This document shows positions 46,333 through 55,125 of a stretch of DNA of 64,000 nucleotides, piece after piece. Positions within the stretch are counted from its first letter, which is position 1, and the number at the start of each line of letters is the position of its first letter. Source of the DNA: Gammaproteobacteria bacterium (GTDB lineage Bacteria; Pseudomonadota; Gammaproteobacteria; Eutrophobiales; Eutrophobiaceae); contig OZ245888.1 in the NCBI GenBank assembly GCA_965229565.1, forward strand, positions 37,801 to 101,800. The letters are read 5' to 3'. The notes under the pieces were generated by a model. It was given only the letters and a program-made list of their open reading frames with translations, ran no database searches and was not told the origin of the DNA. Position numbers and translations under genes: made by a program.

Positions 46333-46761
46333 TTAATGCTGGACATGACTGGCATCCGCCAGTGTATCTACGGTGCTCCAGATCAGCTTGCTTTTGTAGG
46401 TCACCATGCTGGGGGCAGATGAAATATGAAACAGGTGGTTAATCATCAAATCATGAATATCCTTGAATTCATGGTCCATGATCAGGCGCATACCCCAACC
46501 TGTGAATTTTCTTTGCTCGATATCATGCCGGATATAGTGTGTGATTCGATGACGGTTATCCCGGTAAATGGAATCAAACAGTTGTTGTAAATCCGTCTCT
46601 TCACTCTCGATGTACTGGATAAAGCGGTCTTCGCTATCGTAGGAAAGGTAACCGGTAATATTGTTATTTTTGTTCCTGGCTGCGGCAGTTTGTGCCAATT
46701 GTGTCAATTCATCTTCTGAAAAAGGATTTGTTGCCCTACTTATATAAACCAGACCTTTCAT
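46333..46761 (-). CDS. BLUF-domain blue-light FAD photoreceptor (short, stand-alone)
   Basis: LVYISRA...ITGYLSYDSEDRFIQYIESEE...LFDSIYRDNRH matches the BLUF signature Y-x-S...ITG-L-Y...F-Q-x-E...D-x-RH. Confidence 0.7.
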   Translation of the reverse strand: MKGLVYISRATNPFSEDELTQLAQTAAARNKNNNITGYLSYDSEDRFIQYIESEETDLQQLFDSIYRDNRHRITHYIRHDIEQRKFTGWGMRLIMDHEFKDIHDLMINHLFHISSAPSMVTYKSKLIWSTVDTLADASHVQH

Positions 46762-46828
46762 CTATTTCTGCTTATGAACTATTAAAGTTTTTGTTTAATT
46801 ATTTTAGTCAACATTAAATAAATGTCAC

Positions 46829-47695
46829 TTAAATATTAATGGCGAGAACCTGACTCAGGTCAATGCAGTTGGAAGCGTGAGGAATAGTGTTACAGGTAAC
46901 GACCCTGGCTGCACCTGCCTGTTTAATCTGCTGCCATGCAGCATCGGCAAATACAGCGTGGATTCCAATGCATACCGGGGCTGAAAGCCCTGCCGCAAGT
47001 AAATGCTTAATGGTTTCTATCATAGTTTTACCGGTAGAAATAATATCATCAAATAATACTGGCGTGCAGTCTGTCCATTTTTCAACCTGCGGCACAATCA
47101 CTTCCACATCCCGGTCGCCTCGCCTTGTCTTTTCCAAAACTAAAAATGGTGCGCCACTGTTTTTTGCCAACTTTTTAACCCACTGTGCGCTTTCACTGTC
47201 GGGGCCTATAATGACCGGCGAACTAACGTTAGCTTTTAACCAATTACTGACGGCAGGTGCAGCCCTGACCAGTTTTGTTTCAATAGAATATATATCAGCC
47301 AGATCGTGGATTCGGTGCAAATGAGGATCTACAGTAACCAATTTATCAAAACAGGATGATAAGAGTCTGGCATAGTAACGGGCCGTAACACCTTGCCCAC
47401 TTTTGAAAATCTTATCCTGCCGCATGTAGGCAAGATAAGGCGCAACGAGTGTGATGTGCTGCACTCCATAGTCACGTAGTGTATGTGCAAGAAAAAAAAG
47501 AGGCAGCGTGATATTATCAGGTTGCACCAGGCTAGCGTAAACAACACAAGAATCGGCAATCAGCTCTGGTTCGATTTGAATACAACTCTCGCCATCCGGG
47601 AAACGATGACATTCAACGATACTGCAGGCCGTTCCCAGTTCTGTAGCCAGTGCCTGGGCAGGTTCTTGCTGCTGTGCAAATGCAAAGACAGTCAT
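46829..47695 (-). CDS. Ribose-phosphate pyrophosphokinase (PRPP synthetase)-like PRTase-fold protein
   Basis: PRPP-binding loop VLFDDIISTGKTM with the two-domain Prs-like organisation. 288 aa, with a divergent N-terminus. Confidence 0.6.
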   Translation of the reverse strand: MTVFAFAQQQEPAQALATELGTACSIVECHRFPDGESCIQIEPELIADSCVVYASLVQPDNITLPLFFLAHTLRDYGVQHITLVAPYLAYMRQDKIFKSGQGVTARYYARLLSSCFDKLVTVDPHLHRIHDLADIYSIETKLVRAAPAVSNWLKANVSSPVIIGPDSESAQWVKKLAKNSGAPFLVLEKTRRGDRDVEVIVPQVEKWTDCTPVLFDDIISTGKTMIETIKHLLAAGLSAPVCIGIHAVFADAAWQQIKQAGAARVVTCNTIPHASNCIDLSQVLAINI

Positions 47696-47707
47696 TGATA
47701 TAACAAT

Positions 47708-49219
47708 TCAGTTCGGGTTGATAACAATGATATCTTCCTGCGCGTTGATATAGTCGAGGGCATAGGCCAGTTCCCCTGCGGATTCGGCATGGAGTGTAAA
47801 TAGCGGCTGGTTGTTGTCCACTGATTGTCCCTGTCTTATATGAAGATCGATCCCGGCCGCTGCGGCCAATGGCGCACCCGCGAGCTTGGCACAGAGTGCC
47901 AGCCGCCTGTTGTCGATACTTTGTACAGTTCCCGCCTGGCGGGCCAGATGTTCATGCTGGAATCTTGCAAGTTTCAAAGTGCGCATACCGCCCTGTGCCT
48001 CGCAGATAGCCTGGAATTTATTCCAGGCTGTACCGTTGTTTAGTATGTTCTCGGCGATCACAAAACCTTCATCGCTGGCTACTTTGCCCGAAAATTCCAG
48101 GATTTCACCAGCTAGCACCAATGCCTTTTCCCGAAGGTCTTGTGGCGCATCCGGATCGTTTTGCAAAACCTGTAGCACATCCCTTGCCTCCAGCGCTGGT
48201 CCAATTCCACGACCAACAGGTTGCTCACCCACAGTGAGCTTGACGCGGACATTCATATCAATTTCGGAGCCTATATCGACCAGCGTATCCGCTAGTTGTC
48301 TGGCCAGGTTCATGGAACGGACCTTTGCTGTCTCCCCCACGGGAACATCAATCAGTACATGCGTGGAACCTGCCGCAGATTTTTTAGAAAGCACCGATGC
48401 GATCAACTGCCCCTCACTATCTATATCAAGCTGTCTTTCGACCGATATCAAAATGTCATCTGCGGGACTGATTTGCATGGCGCCGCCCCAGACGATGCAG
48501 CCATTTTCCTGGTATACAACACGTTGCATCTGTTCAATAGTGAGATTGACCGGTGCCAGCGTCTCCATGGTATCTGCCGTGCCAGCCGGCGAAGTGATGG
48601 CACGTGATGAGGTTTTAGGCATAATCAGTCCAAAGGCAGCAATGATAGGTACCAGGATGATAGTCGTGCGATTACCAGGTAGCCCACCAACACAATGTTT
48701 ATCCACCACGATATCACTGTCCCAGTAAAGGCGGGTACCGGCATTAATCATGGCGCGGGTAAGCGACACAATTTCATCCATGTTCAGTCGGTTACCTGCA
48801 CACGCCGTAATGAATGCAGACAGGTGAATATCATCAAAATTTCTGGCGACAATATCCTGAATGATGGCATCAAATTGCCATTGTTCCAGTGCGCGACCAT
48901 GGATCTTGGCACGCACATAGGAGAGTGACTGCATCGGTTCGGGATGAGATAGAAAAGCAATGTCATCTTCCTGTGCATGTAATATTTCCCAGGCCGCATC
49001 GGACAAACCTAACTCCCCCGAACGCAGGATAGAGTCCCGGATTATATGTAAGGTCGCGATTATCGATCGTTCCCTGATGCGCACATTGATCCGTGAAAAC
49101 GCTTCAAAGCCCTCGATTCGACAAATTGGGCAATCGTGACGCATATAGATGACTGCCTGTCGGTAGGTATCAATACCGATACGTTTTACCCGCATGGTAT
49201 TTTTATTCTTGTTATCCAT
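47708..49219 (-). CDS. Thymidine-phosphorylase-family protein, long form (putative thymidine/AMP phosphorylase-like)
   Basis: Glycosyltransferase family 3 (nucleoside phosphorylase II) core preceded by a ~90 aa N-terminal extension. 503 aa. Confidence 0.65.
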   Translation of the reverse strand: MDNKNKNTMRVKRIGIDTYRQAVIYMRHDCPICRIEGFEAFSRINVRIRERSIIATLHIIRDSILRSGELGLSDAAWEILHAQEDDIAFLSHPEPMQSLSYVRAKIHGRALEQWQFDAIIQDIVARNFDDIHLSAFITACAGNRLNMDEIVSLTRAMINAGTRLYWDSDIVVDKHCVGGLPGNRTTIILVPIIAAFGLIMPKTSSRAITSPAGTADTMETLAPVNLTIEQMQRVVYQENGCIVWGGAMQISPADDILISVERQLDIDSEGQLIASVLSKKSAAGSTHVLIDVPVGETAKVRSMNLARQLADTLVDIGSEIDMNVRVKLTVGEQPVGRGIGPALEARDVLQVLQNDPDAPQDLREKALVLAGEILEFSGKVASDEGFVIAENILNNGTAWNKFQAICEAQGGMRTLKLARFQHEHLARQAGTVQSIDNRRLALCAKLAGAPLAAAAGIDLHIRQGQSVDNNQPLFTLHAESAGELAYALDYINAQEDIIVINPN

Positions 49220-49248
49220 ATCTGGGCAAAATTACGGCTTCCAGGTTT

Positions 49249-50619
49249 CTACTTAATTACCACAGACTGTCCATGCACCGGGATTTCTACATTCCATCCC
49301 AGTTGATTAACCAGATAGCTACGAAATGCATCCTGGCTCTGTGGCTCACCATGAACAATATAAGTCATCCGAGGCCGCCCAGGCATGGTTGCCAACCAGT
49401 CGGTCAACTCCTGGTAATCGGCATGTGCTGACAGGCAATCTATTGATGTCAGTTTCGCCCGTACCGGGTAATACTCCCCGTGGATCTTGATTCGGTCCAT
49501 GCCTGCCAGCATGTTTGCACCACGAGTTCCTTCTGCCTGATAGCCTACAAAGATTATCGTGTTGCGATTATCACCAAGGTATACTTTCAAATGATGTAGA
49601 ACCCGGCCACCAGTCAACATCCCGCTCGCGGACAGGATTATCTTCGGTACTGACTGAAACTCGATTCCCTTCGACTCCTCGACAGCAGGTGTAAAAGTCA
49701 CCAGTTGGCCAAGTTTATGACACTCATCTTCACTGAGTTTGTGTAAATCCTTGTGGCGGAAAAAGATATCGGTTGCATCAATCGCCATTGGGCTATCGAG
49801 GTATATCGGTACCCTGGGTATCCTTTTTTCAATAATCAATTTTGTGATCACGTGTAACAGACTTTGTGCTCGACCCACAGCAAAGGTGGGTATCAACACG
49901 GCTCCACCCTTGCCAAACGTGCTATTAATAACTTTTTCCAGCAATTCAAATGGATCGGCTTCAGGGTGTCTGCGATTTCCATAGGTTGATTCGATCACCA
50001 GGAAATCTGCATTGGGTAATGACTCCGGCGCATGCATCACTACATCATCAGGTCGTCCTACATCACCGCTGAACAGGATACTCTTTTCACCATCATGCAC
50101 ATGGACACAGGCAGCACCAAGTATATGGCCGGCATTAGTCATTGATACCTTGATACCTGGCACTGGTTCGAAGGACTGGTGATAGGCAACTGGAAAAAAT
50201 TGTTCCAGTGAACGATAGGCATCCATTTCGGTGTAGATTGGCAGGGCTGGATGGTGTTTCGTATAGCCGTATCGGTTGGCGCGATCCGCTTCTTCCTCTT
50301 GCAAATGTCCTGCATCCGGTAACAGGATTCTGCAGAGATCCATCGTCGCATGCGTGCAGTAAATTTTACCTTTGAAGCCTTCTCTGCAAAGAGCCGGTAT
50401 AAAACCACTGTGGTCAAGGTGAGCATGGGTTAACACAATGGCATCGATAGTGCCTGGCTCAACAGGAAATGGTTGTCTGTTCCTGATCCGAATCTTTTTT
50501 ATCCCCTGGAAAAGTCCACAATCAATGAGTATCCGTTTGTCGTCTTTTTCCAGCAGAAACCTTGAACCGGTAACTGTTTCGGCCGCACCCCAGAATGTCA
50601 GCTTACAGCCCACAGGCAC
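49249..50619 (-). CDS. MBL-fold metallo-hydrolase of the beta-CASP family
   Basis: HxHxDH motif (LTHAHLDHSG) followed by downstream beta-CASP motifs. 456 aa. Confidence 0.7.
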   Translation of the reverse strand: MPVGCKLTFWGAAETVTGSRFLLEKDDKRILIDCGLFQGIKKIRIRNRQPFPVEPGTIDAIVLTHAHLDHSGFIPALCREGFKGKIYCTHATMDLCRILLPDAGHLQEEEADRANRYGYTKHHPALPIYTEMDAYRSLEQFFPVAYHQSFEPVPGIKVSMTNAGHILGAACVHVHDGEKSILFSGDVGRPDDVVMHAPESLPNADFLVIESTYGNRRHPEADPFELLEKVINSTFGKGGAVLIPTFAVGRAQSLLHVITKLIIEKRIPRVPIYLDSPMAIDATDIFFRHKDLHKLSEDECHKLGQLVTFTPAVEESKGIEFQSVPKIILSASGMLTGGRVLHHLKVYLGDNRNTIIFVGYQAEGTRGANMLAGMDRIKIHGEYYPVRAKLTSIDCLSAHADYQELTDWLATMPGRPRMTYIVHGEPQSQDAFRSYLVNQLGWNVEIPVHGQSVVIK

Positions 50620-50896
50620 CTCTCTTTCGGTTTTATTGTAAGCGTTATAACAATCGCAACATTTATTGACGAGTACAGGTCAGAAGCAATGCGCCGGACT
50701 GTCCTGCTGTCAATTGTTATTATTATAGTTGACTTAACTTTATAATGGACTACAAAAAATACTTGATATTATTTTATACACTGCTATTGCATTGGTAGTC
50801 AGCGTATTAGAACATTCAAACAGGTATAGTATTAATAACCAATAACGATAAACAGACTGAATAGAGAATCTAGCTGGTGTCATTCCAGGCAGAAGT

Positions 50897-50995
50897 GAAC
50901 ATTCCAGTTAAAAGAATCCTGGTAACCGGTGCAACCGGTTACATTGGCAGGCACGTGGTGAAGAAACCGGGTGACCATACCATGTTCTCATGAGT
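50897..50995 (+). pseudogene. 33-codon remnant of an NAD(P)-binding SDR/epimerase N-terminus
   Basis: Encodes VNIPVKRILVTGATGYIGRHVVKKPGDHTMFS then a stop, overlapping the hydrolase start as ATGA. Confidence 0.3.
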
Positions 50996-51907
50996 AGTGA
51001 CTCACTTAACCACGCCCTGCCGGGTCAACGCCGGGAGCTAAAAAGTAATGCGGGCATTATTAGTTACTATACTGATGCGCCTGCAAATACTGACAACAAC
51101 ACACCTTTGCTGTTAATACATACGATTAATGCGGCCGCCGGCGCCCATGAAGTGCGCCCCCTGTACGAACAATATCGACAGACGCGCCCGGTCTATGCGC
51201 TGGACTTGCCCGGTTATGGTTTTTCGGAGCGCAGTGACAGGGATTACACGCCACGGCTGATGACAGATGCCATTCACAACATCGTAGCGGAAATACAAAC
51301 AATTCATGGGGACGTAGATATTGATGCTTTGGCCGTGTCCACTTCCTGCGAGTTCCTGGCACGGGCCGCGCATGAAAACACCTCAAGCTTTCGTAGCCTG
51401 GCACTGGTAGCGCCGACCGGTTTCAGCAGAATGTATCCCTACAAGGGAGAAGAATTAAGTAACAGGGGTATGCCAGGTTTTCTCAAGTTCCTGAAACTAC
51501 CTTTTGTCGGTGGAGCTTTATTTAACCTGCTTACATGCAGGAAAAGCGTTCGATTTTTCCTGCAAAAAACCTGGGGCTCAAAACAGATCGATGAAACCAT
51601 GTACGAGTATTCATGGCAGACGACACGACAACCCGGTGCGCGCTTCGCACCTTTTTACTTTTTATCCGGTTATCTATTCAGCCAGGACATCAATGCCATT
51701 TACGAGGACTTGTCTGTTCCCGTATGGATGAGTCATGGTGTGCGTGGTGACTTTACGAACTATTGCTGGAAGGAAACACTGAAAGATAATAGCAACTGGA
51801 ACTTTAGCGTGTTTGAAACAGGTGCATTATCGTATTACGAGGTGTTGAATGATTTCTGCCAGAATTACGATGCATTCCTGTCATCGCTGGCAGCAAAAAA
51901 CAGCTAG
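50990..51907 (+). CDS. Alpha/beta-hydrolase fold protein
   Basis: 305 aa with an alpha/beta-hydrolase core. The nucleophile motif is not clear-cut. Confidence 0.55.
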   Translation: MSSDSLNHALPGQRRELKSNAGIISYYTDAPANTDNNTPLLLIHTINAAAGAHEVRPLYEQYRQTRPVYALDLPGYGFSERSDRDYTPRLMTDAIHNIVAEIQTIHGDVDIDALAVSTSCEFLARAAHENTSSFRSLALVAPTGFSRMYPYKGEELSNRGMPGFLKFLKLPFVGGALFNLLTCRKSVRFFLQKTWGSKQIDETMYEYSWQTTRQPGARFAPFYFLSGYLFSQDINAIYEDLSVPVWMSHGVRGDFTNYCWKETLKDNSNWNFSVFETGALSYYEVLNDFCQNYDAFLSSLAAKNS

Positions 51908-51910
51908 AAG

Positions 51911-52129
51911 TCAGGCGCAATCCTCTTTTTCTTCCTCTTTTTCCAGGTGCTCGGCAAGCTGTTCCAACACGAGTTTGGCCGAATACTGGAGATCGACCAG
52001 GCGAACCTGTGTCAATTTGCTCAATTCATTAGCGAGCCTGACATCCTGTACATCAGACATCAGTAACTCAATCTTATGCATGAGCTCAGCGAGCTGCTGA
52101 TCGCTATCAAATTTATTTTTTGCGTCCAT
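51911..52129 (-). CDS. Small acidic coiled-coil hypothetical protein
   Basis: 72 aa, predicted helical, no recognisable motif. Confidence 0.3.
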   Translation of the reverse strand: MDAKNKFDSDQQLAELMHKIELLMSDVQDVRLANELSKLTQVRLVDLQYSAKLVLEQLAEHLEKEEEKEDCA

Positions 52130-52491
52130 CTAATACATCGAGGCCTTGCTGCAATGCACAAAGTATAAACCTTCAAGCTGTAATTGCAAGGCGAGTAATA
52201 TTATTAATATTCAATCATTTATCTAAATAAAATAGTAAATCTTACTTAGCTGTTTGATTTAAACCGCAAACCTTAATAAATTCATTTATATAACGCTGTG
52301 ATAATCAGGGGAAACCTCCCTGATACTTCAAAAGAAGGTTAAAGGGTTGTTTTTAAGAGATTTAATTTAAACAAGTGCAGATGCACCAAATTGAGCGCAT
52401 CGCGCCTAAATGCTGCAGTCAAGCTGCATTACAGTTGTCGATGTCTGGTTTGTTAGCCTTATAGCAAGTATTAGCCACGTTTGGCGCTATT

Positions 52492-53748
52492 TCAGGAGAA
52501 AGTCATTGTTCTCTCGGTGGGTAGTTCATCGATATCCCCTGCCATGATGCGGTTACGAACATAAACACTGATTCGGTAGCGTTCCATATCCTGAAGGTCA
52601 TGAAAACTTACACCGATAGAGATATCGTCCTGATCCTCGTTGAGGTCTTTCCATAACACTGTCGCATTCGTGGTGACCTTGAGGTAATCATCCTCGGAAT
52701 CAGATGGAATATAAAATTCCAGGAAAAGTTTACTCCCCAGTTCGATGTCAGAGGTAACACGCAGGTTGGCACCGCTGACGGAAAGATTCACTTTCTCTGC
52801 AAAGATAAAACCCTCATCAGGCTGACATTGAATTCTTACCTTGAGTGTCACAGCGGCACGATGATCCCAGCGCAATTCTTTATCCATATCTTCTATGTTG
52901 CAATCGATACCCATTGCTTTTTCCAGGGCCAGTGCAAACTCACGACAGGAATGGAAACGTTTACGCGAATTCTTTTCCAGTGCCTTCAGTACCACCTTGT
53001 CAACTTTCTCGGGAATATCCTTGACCAAGCTTGATGGTTTATTAACCGGTGTTTCCTGATGACTTTTGAGCATCTCGCTGACAGTGCTGGCTTTTGTAAA
53101 AGGATGTCTGCCGGTCAACATCTTGTAGAGGATGATCCCAAGCGAATAAATATCTGCACGGGCATCCATGTGCTGGCAATTGATATGTTCCGGTGACATG
53201 TAACCCGGTGTACCGTTGGGTTTACCTTCAAGGAAAGACTGTTCTTCAAGAAATTTGGCAATACCAAAATCCATAATCAACACTTCACCACTGAGACTGA
53301 TGCGGATATTGCCGGGCTTCAAGTCGAGATGAACAATACCAAGGTTGTGTGCATATTCCATTGCCCACAGTATCTTTTGCATGATCTTTAGCGCCTGGCT
53401 TACCTTGAATGGTTTTTTTTGATTGGCAAGTATCTGATCCAGGTCGCCACCGCTGATCAGGCGCATAACGATCAGTACCGATTTCTTATAATCCAGGATG
53501 TCGTACACGGGGACAATATTGGAGTGTTCTGCCAGCGCGTGTATGCGGGCCTCGCGGATGATGGATTCCTTGTTGAATTTCCTGTTCACCAGGTCAGTTG
53601 AACGGACCTTGATCGCGACATATCGCTGTAGCTCATGGTCATAGGCCTTGTACACGTCTCCGAAGGTGCCACTGCCAATGACGTCCTTAAGCTCGTACCG
53701 GCCTATCCTTGTTCCCTCTAGCGTCACTGGTTTGGTCTTCGCGAACAT
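52492..53748 (-). CDS. Hanks-type Ser/Thr protein kinase fused to a C-terminal PilZ (c-di-GMP-binding) domain
   Basis: - Kinase motifs: GSGTFGDVYKA, VAIK, HLDLKPGNI, DFGIAK, SPE.
- C-terminal ~130 aa carries RWDHR (RxxxR) and, 27 residues later, NLSVSG ((D/N)xSxxG). Confidence 0.6.
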   Translation of the reverse strand: MFAKTKPVTLEGTRIGRYELKDVIGSGTFGDVYKAYDHELQRYVAIKVRSTDLVNRKFNKESIIREARIHALAEHSNIVPVYDILDYKKSVLIVMRLISGGDLDQILANQKKPFKVSQALKIMQKILWAMEYAHNLGIVHLDLKPGNIRISLSGEVLIMDFGIAKFLEEQSFLEGKPNGTPGYMSPEHINCQHMDARADIYSLGIILYKMLTGRHPFTKASTVSEMLKSHQETPVNKPSSLVKDIPEKVDKVVLKALEKNSRKRFHSCREFALALEKAMGIDCNIEDMDKELRWDHRAAVTLKVRIQCQPDEGFIFAEKVNLSVSGANLRVTSDIELGSKLFLEFYIPSDSEDDYLKVTTNATVLWKDLNEDQDDISIGVSFHDLQDMERYRISVYVRNRIMAGDIDELPTERTMTFS

Positions 53749-53931
53749 GTCGATAAATTAAATTCTAGTATAAAAAGCCCTGTCCAGGCATCTCACCGTT
53801 CTGGACATACAGATACCTGACTGCAGCCATCACCTCTATATCGGACGATACAGATTGTTCTTGAGAAATGATTGTTAGATCGTGTATTCGAGAATTAGTC
53901 GAACTGCGCTTTCATCCTGCTGAAAACAATC

Positions 53932-53956
53932 CATAAAAAAACCTGCACATGGCAGG
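53932..53956. terminator. Hairpin plus A/T runs (AAAAAAAA-CCTGC-ACATG-GCAGG-TTTATTTAT)
   Basis: Follows the 3' end of repeat A on the minus strand, and the kinase gene on the plus side. Confidence 0.45.
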
Positions 53957-54067
53957 TTTATTTATATGGCGCGCCCGGAAGGACTGACTCGCGACGTCCT
54001 GTCGCTCGCACTGCGTACAGACTAGCGTCTGCCCAAATCGTCTATCCTGACGATTTGTCGAACCGAC
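53957..54067. repeat. tRNA-Arg-3'-end-derived structured repeat, copy A (degenerate tRNA-like unit)
   Basis: Begins TGGCGCGCCCGGAAGGA, identical to the reverse complement of the adjacent tRNA-Arg 3' end. The rest is ~80% identical to copy B (19503-19602), with compensatory changes in three hairpins. There is no 5' acceptor strand. Confidence 0.55.
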
Positions 54068-54145
54068 TTGTTTATTGTCGGAGGGTCAAATTCATGCAAC
54101 TCCATAAATAAAAAAACCCGCACAAGGCAGGTCTGTTTATTTATA

Positions 54146-54222
54146 TGGCGCGCCCGGAAGGATTCGAACCTCCGACCCCCTAGTTCGTAGCCAGGTACTC
54201 TATCCAACTGAGCTACGGGCGC
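54146..54222 (-). tRNA. tRNA-Arg, anticodon ACG
   Basis: Reverse complement GCGCCCGTAGCTCAGTTGGATAGAGTACCTGGCTACGAACTAGGGGGTCGGAGGTTCGAATCCTTCCGGGCGCGCCA, with anticodon loop CTACGAA and a T-run terminator downstream. Confidence 0.85.
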
Positions 54223-54272
54223 GTTGCAAAATTTGAGCGGCGAATAATATCTGACTTGCGTATTTAGTCAAA

Positions 54273-54378
54273 TGGCGGAGAGAGAGGGACTACAAAATAC
54301 ATCCTGTATTTTGCCCTGCGGGCCAGCCTGCGGCTGTTCCGATTTGTTCCCGACAAATCGGTCAAACCCTCTTCTCGG
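54273..54378. repeat. tRNA-Ser-3'-end-derived structured repeat, copy C
   Basis: Begins TGGCGGAGAGAGAGGGA, which is the reverse complement of the tRNA-Ser 3' end. Followed by hairpins GCCCTGCGGGC, CAGCCTGCGGCTG and CCGATTTGT-TCCCG-ACAAATCGG. The tail CCCTCTTCTC can pair with the head. Confidence 0.5.
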
Positions 54379-54442
54379 CTATCGCATCTACCTTTCGTGA
54401 ATCATTCAAATATTCATATCATTAATATGAATATTTGAATGA

Positions 54443-54534
54443 TGGCGGAGAGAGAGGGATTCGAACCCTCGATACGGGATAAACCGTATACTCCCTTAGC
54501 AGGGGAGCGCCTTCAGCCACTCGGCCACCTCTCC
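54443..54534 (-). tRNA. tRNA-Ser, anticodon GCT
   Basis: Reverse complement GGAGAGGTGGCCGAGTGGCTGAAGGCGCTCCCCTGCTAAGGGAG...GGTTCGAATCCCTCTCTCTCCGCCA, with a long variable arm and anticodon loop CTGCTAA. Confidence 0.85.
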
Positions 54535-54567
54535 TAATAAACTACTATGATTTATAAATTCTTTTCA

Positions 54568-54686
54568 CTGGCGCTCCTGTCGCGCCCTACTCCGGGCATC
54601 CTGCCCTTCGCCCTTCGGGCCAGTCCACTTCGTGGACTGTTCAAAATCGTTTCCGACGATTTTGTCAGCAATTACAGCTTCCTCTC
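54568..54686. repeat. Structured repeat, copy D (homologous to copy C)
   Basis: Shares GCCCTTCGGGC, CAGTCCACTTCGTGGACTG and AAAATCGTTTCCGACGATTTT hairpins with copy C, with covarying stems. Lies between tRNA-Ser and csrA. Confidence 0.45.
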
Positions 54687-54806
54687 CGAAAAAAACACGG
54701 CTTAACGCCGCGAGTATTGTAATGATTTAGCGAGCAAAATGCTCAGAAATATCAGATAAAAAGCATAACCCTGCAGCGAGGCAGGGTAAAGTCCCGGGGT
54801 GGACTG

Positions 54807-55004
54807 TTACTCTGAAGCTTCTGACGGTACGTCGTCAGATTGCTCTTTCTGTATTCGGTCGTAGATTTCTTCGCGGTGTACGGCGACGTCCTTGGGGGCG
54901 TTCACACCAATTCTCACCTGGTTTCCTCTGATACCCAGTACGGTAACGTTGACCTCGTCACCGATCATGAGCGACTCACCGACTCTTCTGGTCAATATCA
55001 ACAT
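54807..55004 (-). CDS. csrA: Carbon storage regulator CsrA/RsmA
   Basis: [48 protein letters not shown] is near-identical to canonical CsrA. Confidence 0.95.
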   Translation of the reverse strand: MLILTRRVGESLMIGDEVNVTVLGIRGNQVRIGVNAPKDVAVHREEIYDRIQKEQSDDVPSEASE

Positions 55005-55125
55005 CTCAATTCTCCTGTTGCTTCCTTAGTCTTAATAATATCTTTTCCTTAATTATAGCCACATGTAGCGTTGTGCTCGCCTATTATTTGCACGACCGCT
55101 GCACTCGGCATCCTCTCCCCGTTAT

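Noticed and set aside
47886-48728. 280-aa plus-strand ORF
   Set aside because: It is antisense to the thymidine-phosphorylase-like gene, with a Ser/Cys-rich nonsense composition.
52130-52491. Possible small RNA in the AT-rich gap upstream of the kinase gene (several short hairpins such as ATCAGGG-gaaacct-CCCTGAT)
   Set aside because: The hairpins are short and isolated, with no terminator or promoter pairing. The evidence is insufficient.
53957-54067. Element A (and B, C, D) as intact extra tRNA genes
   Set aside because: Only the 3' acceptor/T-arm side matches a tRNA. No complementary 5' acceptor strand, D-arm or anticodon arm can be drawn. They are treated as tRNA-derived repeats.
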